DNA from: Actinomycetes bacterium
Lineage (GTDB): Bacteria; Actinomycetota; Actinomycetes; Actinomycetales; Cellulomonadaceae
DNA: 64,000 bases
Reading direction: 5' to 3'
Assembly: GCA_021793675.1 (NCBI GenBank)
Contig: JAJYSG010000004.1
Location: 2,536-66,535, forward strand
Shown here: positions 58,368 to 64,000 of the stretch, piece after piece
Position numbering within the stretch: the stretch's first letter is position 1
Layout of the letters: the number at the start of each line of letters is the position of its first letter
Translations under genes and position numbers: made by a program
The notes under the pieces: generated by a model
Seen by the model: only the letters and a program-made list of their open reading frames with translations
Told to the model about the DNA's origin: nothing
Database searches by the model: none

Positions 58368-58982
58368 TCAGAGCGCGAGCTGCAGCGCGACGCCCAGGGC
58401 CAGGAGCAACGCGAGCACCACGAGCCCACGCACGTCGACACGGCGCGTCACGGGAGTCTCGTCCGCCTCTCCGAGTGCGAGGGCACCCGACTCCGACAGG
58501 GCCTCCCAGCGCTGCCGGACCACGCGGGCCACCTGACCGCTGGGTGCGGACGGCAGCTCGCCGATGTCGGCACCGACCTTGGGGTCGCGGCCGACCGCGC
58601 GCAGGTCCACGGCGCTGGCCATCGCGCTGGCGTGCCGGCCCGGTCCCGGTGCGGCGAAGGCCTGCACCGCGCGGTGGGGCGTCACGAAGGTGCAGGCGAA
58701 ACGCGTGCGCACCAGGACGAGTGCGGCCCACGGCACGTGGTAGCTGGCCAGCGGGTTCTCCACGTCGATGCCGTCGTCGCGCACGTGCACACGAGGCTTG
58801 GCGAACACCAGCCAGCCGGCGAGAGCGCCGGCGAGCGCGAAGGGCAGCGCCTGCACCAGGCTCCTCGTCCCGCCGTCCACCAGCTGTGCGAACGCCAGGC
58901 CAGCCGCCACCACGGCGGTCGCCACGAAGGCCGGCACGGAGCTGCGGGGGCGGTACGTCCAGTCGTTGTCGCTTGTCGGCAC
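58368..58982 (-). CDS. Bacterial PH-domain membrane protein
   Basis: Two N-terminal TMs, PRVHV...VENPL...VPW motif, C-terminal TM. Confidence 0.8.
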   Translation of the reverse strand: MPTSDNDWTYRPRSSVPAFVATAVVAAGLAFAQLVDGGTRSLVQALPFALAGALAGWLVFAKPRVHVRDDGIDVENPLASYHVPWAALVLVRTRFACTFVTPHRAVQAFAAPGPGRHASAMASAVDLRAVGRDPKVGADIGELPSAPSGQVARVVRQRWEALSESGALALGEADETPVTRRVDVRGLVVLALLLALGVALQLAL

Positions 58983-59008
58983 GCCGTCATGATCCCAGGA
59001 GTTGCTCG

Positions 59009-60817
59009 ATGACCACGACGCCCCTCGGCGCCCCGGTGCTGCAGGTCCGCGACCTGGGCGTGGACTTTGCCGTCAACAAGAAGTGGGTGCCCGCTGCGGT
59101 GGGGCTGAACTTCGACGTCGCCGCGGGCGAGGTGCTCGCGATCGTGGGCGAGTCCGGCTCCGGCAAGTCCGTCACGTCGATGGCGATCCTCGACCTGCTG
59201 CCGAAGAACGCGCGGATCACAGGCTCCGTGCGGCTCAAGGGCGAGGAGCTGCGCGGCGCGTCGGCGTCCCGGCTCCGGCACATCCGCGGCAACGACATCG
59301 CCATGATCTTCCAGGAGCCGATGACGGCCCTGAACCCCGTCTACACGATCGGGTTCCAGATCGTCGAGACGCTGCGGCTGCACTCAGCGCTCTCGCCCGA
59401 CCAGGCCAAGCAGCGTGCGCTCGAGCTGCTCGAGATGGTGGAGCTGCCGGACCCCGCCAAGGCGTACCGCTCGTACCCGCACCAGCTGTCCGGCGGCCAG
59501 CGCCAGCGCGCGATGATCGCGCAGTCGCTGGCGTGCGACCCGGCGCTGCTCATCGCGGACGAGCCGACCACCGCCCTGGACGTCACGGTGCAGGCCGAGA
59601 TCCTCGACCTCATGCGCAACCTGCGCGACAGCCTCAACTCGGCGGTCATCCTCATCACGCACGACATGGGCGTGGTGGCCGACCTCGCGGACCGCATCGC
59701 GGTGATGCGGCGCGGCGTGGTCGTGGAGATGGGCACGTCGCAGGACATCTTCGGCAACCCGCGCCACGCGTACACGCAGGAGCTGCTGGCGGCCGTGCCG
59801 CACCTGGGCGGCGCCGAGATCGACATCACGGCCGCGCTGGTCCAGGCGACCGGCGCGGAGAGCCTCGTCCACGACGTGACGGCCGAGGCGCTCAAGCAGC
59901 GCGAGCTGGAGAACGCACGCCGCGCGGAGATCACGCAGCGCAAGGAGCGCGAGGAGGCGATGGCGGCCTCCCGCGAGACGCCGATCCTCGAGCTCGTCGA
60001 CGTGGCGATCGAGTACCCGAAGCAGGGCCGGATGCCGGCGTTCCGCGCGGTCGAGGGCGCCCACCTCGTGGTGCGGCCCGGCGAGGTCGTCGGCCTGGTG
60101 GGCGAGTCCGGCTCGGGCAAGACGACGATCGGGCGTGCCGCGGTCGGCCTGCTGCCCATCGCGGCGGGCAAGCTCACGGTGGCCGGTGTCGACATGTCCA
60201 AGCACGACCGCCGCGCCATGGGCCAGCTGCGCCGCAAGGTCGGCATGGTGTTCCAGGACCCGGCCTCCTCGCTCAACCCGCGCCTGCCCATCGGCGAGTC
60301 CATCGGCGAGCCGATGTTCCTCGCCGGGGTGGCGAAGGGCGCCGCACTGCAGCGGAAGATCGAGGACCTGCTCGACCAGGTCGAGCTGCCGCGCAACTAC
60401 CGCAACCGCTTCCCGCACGAGCTGTCCGGCGGCCAGAAGCAGCGCGTCGGCATCGCGCGTGCGCTGTCGCTGTCGCCGGAGCTGCTGGTGGCCGACGAGC
60501 CGACGTCCGCCCTGGACGTGTCGGTGCAGGCGCACGTGCTCGACCTGCTGCAGCAGCTGCAGGCGGAGCTGAAGTTCGCGTGCCTGTTCGTCACGCACGA
60601 CCTGGCTGTCGTCGACCTGCTGGCGCACCGCATCGCCGTGATGGAGCGCGGGCACATCGTGGAGCAGGGCACGCGCGACGCCATCCTGCGCAGCCCGCAG
60701 GAGGCCTACACGCAGCGGCTCATCGCCGCCGTCCCGCTGCCCAACCCGGAGAAGCAGCGCGAGCGGCGTGAGTTGCGCGCCCTGCTGCTGGAGGAGCACG
60801 CCCGGACGGCCTCGTGA
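59009..60817 (+). CDS. Peptide ABC ATP-binding protein (fused OppD-OppF)
   Basis: Two GESGSGK Walker A motifs, two LSGGQ signatures, DEPT; CAGGAG RBS. Confidence 0.96.
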   Translation: MTTTPLGAPVLQVRDLGVDFAVNKKWVPAAVGLNFDVAAGEVLAIVGESGSGKSVTSMAILDLLPKNARITGSVRLKGEELRGASASRLRHIRGNDIAMIFQEPMTALNPVYTIGFQIVETLRLHSALSPDQAKQRALELLEMVELPDPAKAYRSYPHQLSGGQRQRAMIAQSLACDPALLIADEPTTALDVTVQAEILDLMRNLRDSLNSAVILITHDMGVVADLADRIAVMRRGVVVEMGTSQDIFGNPRHAYTQELLAAVPHLGGAEIDITAALVQATGAESLVHDVTAEALKQRELENARRAEITQRKEREEAMAASRETPILELVDVAIEYPKQGRMPAFRAVEGAHLVVRPGEVVGLVGESGSGKTTIGRAAVGLLPIAAGKLTVAGVDMSKHDRRAMGQLRRKVGMVFQDPASSLNPRLPIGESIGEPMFLAGVAKGAALQRKIEDLLDQVELPRNYRNRFPHELSGGQKQRVGIARALSLSPELLVADEPTSALDVSVQAHVLDLLQQLQAELKFACLFVTHDLAVVDLLAHRIAVMERGHIVEQGTRDAILRSPQEAYTQRLIAAVPLPNPEKQRERRELRALLLEEHARTAS

Positions 60818-62748
60818 CGGCCTCCCGCCTGCGTGCGAGGGCCGCCGTCGTCCTGACGGCGGCCCTCGTCGCACCCCTGGCCGCATGCACGTCGCACACC
60901 GTCGACCCCGACCGGGCCGGTACGGTCGTCGTCGCGGTCGACTCCCCGTGCACTTCTCTCAACGCGGGGCTGCCCGAGGGGCGCACCGCCGGCAGCACGC
61001 TGGTGCGGGGGCTGGTGCAGGACCAGCTCGTCGGGCTGGACGACGCGGGTGCCCCGGTGGCCGACCCGCGGCTCGGCACCGTGGAGAAGGTGTCCGACTC
61101 GCCGCTGACCGTCCGCTACACGCTGGCCCCCGACGCGCGGTGGTCGGACGGCGTGGCTGTGAGCCCGGCTGACCTGCTGCTGGACTGGGCGGCACGCTCG
61201 GGGCGGTTCGACGAGGGTGCGCCCCGTGCCGCGGCCGTGGCGCCGACGCCGGGCTCGGCCCCCACCGCAGCCGGTGCGCCGTCGGCGAGCGCGACGCCGG
61301 GCGCGGGCGGCGACGTCGTCCGCTTCGGTGCGACGTCCGCCGCCGCGTTGGCGGCGAGCGCGACGCCGACGCTCGACGCGCACGGCATGACGGTGGTCTA
61401 CGCGCACCCGGTCGCGGACTGGCAGGTGGACCTCGACGTCGACCTCCCGGCCCACGTCGTCGGCAGGCTCGCCGCGCTCGGGGCGCCGACCCCCGCCGGA
61501 TCGGCGACGGCGGCCCCGCCGGCGACGGCCGCCGCGGGCGGTCGGTGGGCGCAGGACGACTGGGCACAGGCGGTGGCCACCGCGATCGTCGGCAACGACC
61601 ACGCGGCGCTCGCACGCATCTCCCGCGTGTGGCGCACCGGCTTCGACGCCGCCGCGCTGGCCGCCGACCCGAGCCGCGCCGTGACCACCGGCCCGTACCG
61701 GATCACCGCGGTGGACCCCGCTGGCAGCGTGACCCTGGCCCGCAGCACCGCCTACCGCGGTGCCCGTCCCGCGGCGCGTGACCACGTCGTCGTGCGCTGG
61801 AACCTGGACCCGCTCGCGGCGGTCGATGCCCTGCGCGCCGGGACGGTCGACGTCGTCGCGCCCGTCGTCACGCCCGACGTCACCGCGGCGCTGGGCCGCG
61901 TGCCGGGCGTACGGGTGGCGACGGGCGGCGGCGCGGTGCTGCAGCTCCAGCTCAACACGGCCGCGGGGCCCTTCTCCGCCGCGCGGGCGGGTGGCGAGGC
62001 CGCCGCGGCACGGCTGCGCGCCGACTTCCTGGGCGCGGCGCCCGCGACGGCGCTCGCGGCCGCCGGCGGCGCCCAGCCCTCCGACGTGGTGCTCGCCACG
62101 GTGGGTGCGCGGGGCGCGGTGGCTCCGACGCCGACGGCGGCCGGCACGGCTGCCGGCACGCCTGCCACCACGCCCGCCGCCACGCCCGCCGCCACGGCCA
62201 CCCCGTCGCCGCGCGACCTGACGCCGGGTGCGCCCGTCGCGGTGCGCGTGCTCGTCGCTACGGGTGACCCGGTGCGCGCGGCGATGCTCGCCGCGCTGAC
62301 GTCCGCCGTCCGTGCGGCCGGCTTCGACGTCACCGTCGCGCACCCCGCCGACCCGGCGACGGCCCTGTGGGCGGACCCGGGCGCGTGGGACGCGGCGCTG
62401 GTGCCGGTGCCGCAGGCGGAGCTACCGGCCGCCGGCGTCGTCGACGCCTGGCGCTCCCACGGCGCGACGAACGCGACCGGCCTGGCCGACCCGGCCCTGG
62501 ACGCGCTGCTCGACCAGATGGCCGTCACCCCGGACCGCGCCGCGGTGGCTGCCGACCTCGACCGCGTGGCGGCCATGGTGCGCGACGCGCACGTCGTGGC
62601 ACCCCTGGCCCGCCAGCCCAGCGTGACCGCCACCGTGGCGCGCGCCGCGGGATCCGGGCTGCCGGACGTGGGCACCGTCCCGGCGGTCCCCTGGGGGGCC
62701 GCCGACCTGTCGTCGTGGTGGTCCTGGGCGGTCCAGCCGGGCAGCTGA
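60814..62748 (+). CDS. Second, divergent Ala-rich family 5 substrate-binding lipoprotein
   Basis: LAAC lipobox, PLTVRYTL...WSDG...[12 protein letters not shown]; GTGA overlap with ATPase. Confidence 0.82.
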   Translation: MTASRLRARAAVVLTAALVAPLAACTSHTVDPDRAGTVVVAVDSPCTSLNAGLPEGRTAGSTLVRGLVQDQLVGLDDAGAPVADPRLGTVEKVSDSPLTVRYTLAPDARWSDGVAVSPADLLLDWAARSGRFDEGAPRAAAVAPTPGSAPTAAGAPSASATPGAGGDVVRFGATSAAALAASATPTLDAHGMTVVYAHPVADWQVDLDVDLPAHVVGRLAALGAPTPAGSATAAPPATAAAGGRWAQDDWAQAVATAIVGNDHAALARISRVWRTGFDAAALAADPSRAVTTGPYRITAVDPAGSVTLARSTAYRGARPAARDHVVVRWNLDPLAAVDALRAGTVDVVAPVVTPDVTAALGRVPGVRVATGGGAVLQLQLNTAAGPFSAARAGGEAAAARLRADFLGAAPATALAAAGGAQPSDVVLATVGARGAVAPTPTAAGTAAGTPATTPAATPAATATPSPRDLTPGAPVAVRVLVATGDPVRAAMLAALTSAVRAAGFDVTVAHPADPATALWADPGAWDAALVPVPQAELPAAGVVDAWRSHGATNATGLADPALDALLDQMAVTPDRAAVAADLDRVAAMVRDAHVVAPLARQPSVTATVARAAGSGLPDVGTVPAVPWGAADLSSWWSWAVQPGS

Positions 62749-62819
62749 GCCGGGCCGGTAGAATCGAGGCCGCGCCCGCCGCCGTGGCGCGATTCCCCCG
62801 TCGAAAGCTGAGCCCCCGT

Positions 62820-64000
62820 ATGTCTGCCGTGCGTCCGGACCTGCGCAACGTCGCGATCGTCGCGCACGTCGACCATGGCAAGACCACCCTCGTCGACGCG
62901 ATGCTCTGGCAGACGGGCGCGTTCGGCGAGCACGACCACGTGGAGCGCCGCGCGCTCGACTCGGGCGAGCTCGAGCGCGAGAAGGGGATCACGATCCTCG
63001 CCAAGAACACCGCGGTCCGGTACACGGGGCCGTCGGCGGCGGCGCACAGCCAGCCCGACGGCATCACCATCAACGTCGTCGACACCCCGGGTCACGCCGA
63101 CTTCGGCGGCGAGGTGGAGCGAGGGCTGTCCATGGTCGACGGCGTGGTGCTCCTGGTCGACGCGTCGGAGGGGCCGCTGCCGCAGACGCGGTTCGTGCTG
63201 CGCAAGGCGCTCGCGGCGCAGCTGCCGGTGATCCTCGTCGTGAACAAGGTGGACCGGCCGGACGCGCGCATCGCCGAGGTGGTCGCCGAGACCACCGACC
63301 TGCTGCTCGGGCTCGCGGCGGACCTCCACGAGGACAACCCGGACCTCGACCTGGACGCCGTCCTCGACGTCCCCGTGGTCTACGCCAGCGCCAAGTCGGG
63401 CCGCTCGTCGCTCACGCAGCCGGCCGACGGCGGCCAGCCGGACGGCCCGGACCTCGAGCCGCTCTTCGCCACCATCCTCGAGAAGATCCCCGCGCCGACG
63501 TACGACGAGGGCGCGCCGCTGCAGGCGCACGTCACCAACCTCGACGCGTCGCCGTTCCTCGGGCGCCTCGCGCTGCTGCGCATCTTCAACGGCACCCTGA
63601 GCAAGGGGCAGACGGTGGCCTGGGTGCGGCACGGCGGCACCACGCAGACCGTGAAGATCACCGAGCTGCTCGAGACCCGGGCGCTCGAGCGCGTCCCGAC
63701 GGACGAGGCCGGACCGGGCGACATCGTCGCGGTCGCCGGCATCGAGGACATCACCATCGGCGAGACGCTCACCGACCCCGACGACCCGCGGCCGCTGCCG
63801 CTCATCACGGTCGACGACCCGGCGATCTCCGTGACCATCGGCATCAACACGTCGCCGCTGGCCGGCCGGGGCGGCAAGGGCCACAAGGTCACCGCCCGCC
63901 AGGTCAAGGACCGGCTGGAGCGGGAGCTGGTGGGCAACGTGTCGCTGCGGGTGCTGCCCACCGACCGGCCCGACGCCTGGGAGGTGCAGGGCCGCGGCGA
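62820..64000 (+). CDS. typA: Translational GTPase TypA/BipA, runs off window end
   Basis: ATG 62820, [21 protein letters not shown]-like [36 protein letters not shown]. Confidence 0.96.
   Translation, partial: MSAVRPDLRNVAIVAHVDHGKTTLVDAMLWQTGAFGEHDHVERRALDSGELEREKGITILAKNTAVRYTGPSAAAHSQPDGITINVVDTPGHADFGGEVERGLSMVDGVVLLVDASEGPLPQTRFVLRKALAAQLPVILVVNKVDRPDARIAEVVAETTDLLLGLAADLHEDNPDLDLDAVLDVPVVYASAKSGRSSLTQPADGGQPDGPDLEPLFATILEKIPAPTYDEGAPLQAHVTNLDASPFLGRLALLRIFNGTLSKGQTVAWVRHGGTTQTVKITELLETRALERVPTDEAGPGDIVAVAGIEDITIGETLTDPDDPRPLPLITVDDPAISVTIGINTSPLAGRGGKGHKVTARQVKDRLERELVGNVSLRVLPTDRPDAWEVQGRG

Overview
Very GC-rich actinobacterial chromosomal window; gene content and order suggest Micrococcales, possibly Cellulomonadaceae (inference only). 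Positions 1-37 kb are mostly core genome: ndh 3' end, siderophore-interacting protein, short-arm tRNA-Leu(TAA), cbs, CE7 esterase, FKBP, msrA, metB-ilvA, greA/mca, trhA, Z-isoprenyl transferase, PIN-PhoH, PadR-MFS, fumC, carbonic anhydrase, xseAB, ispH, rmuC, an ABC pair, dedA and ychF. This part also holds a DUF222/HNH gene with a LexA-type box, a decayed ligB and an in-frame palindromic repeat insertion. A 3.2-kb IS5-family composite element begins exactly at the ychF stop codon. It has CTAG on both sides, matching outer inverted repeats and a damaged inner end, and it carries an ECF sigma factor, a putative anti-sigma factor and a secreted crystallin-like protein. Next come an SDR, a cupin, a tocopherol-cyclase-like gene, an HrtAB/MacB-like ABC pair, and a complete C50-carotenoid cluster (idi-crtE-crtB-crtI-crtYe-crtYf-crtEb-mmpL) with a divergent MarR. 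The window ends with a peptide ABC operon preceded by GlnR-like boxes and split by an antisense gene, then the 5' part of typA. All calls come from motif recognition by eye; no database searches were run.
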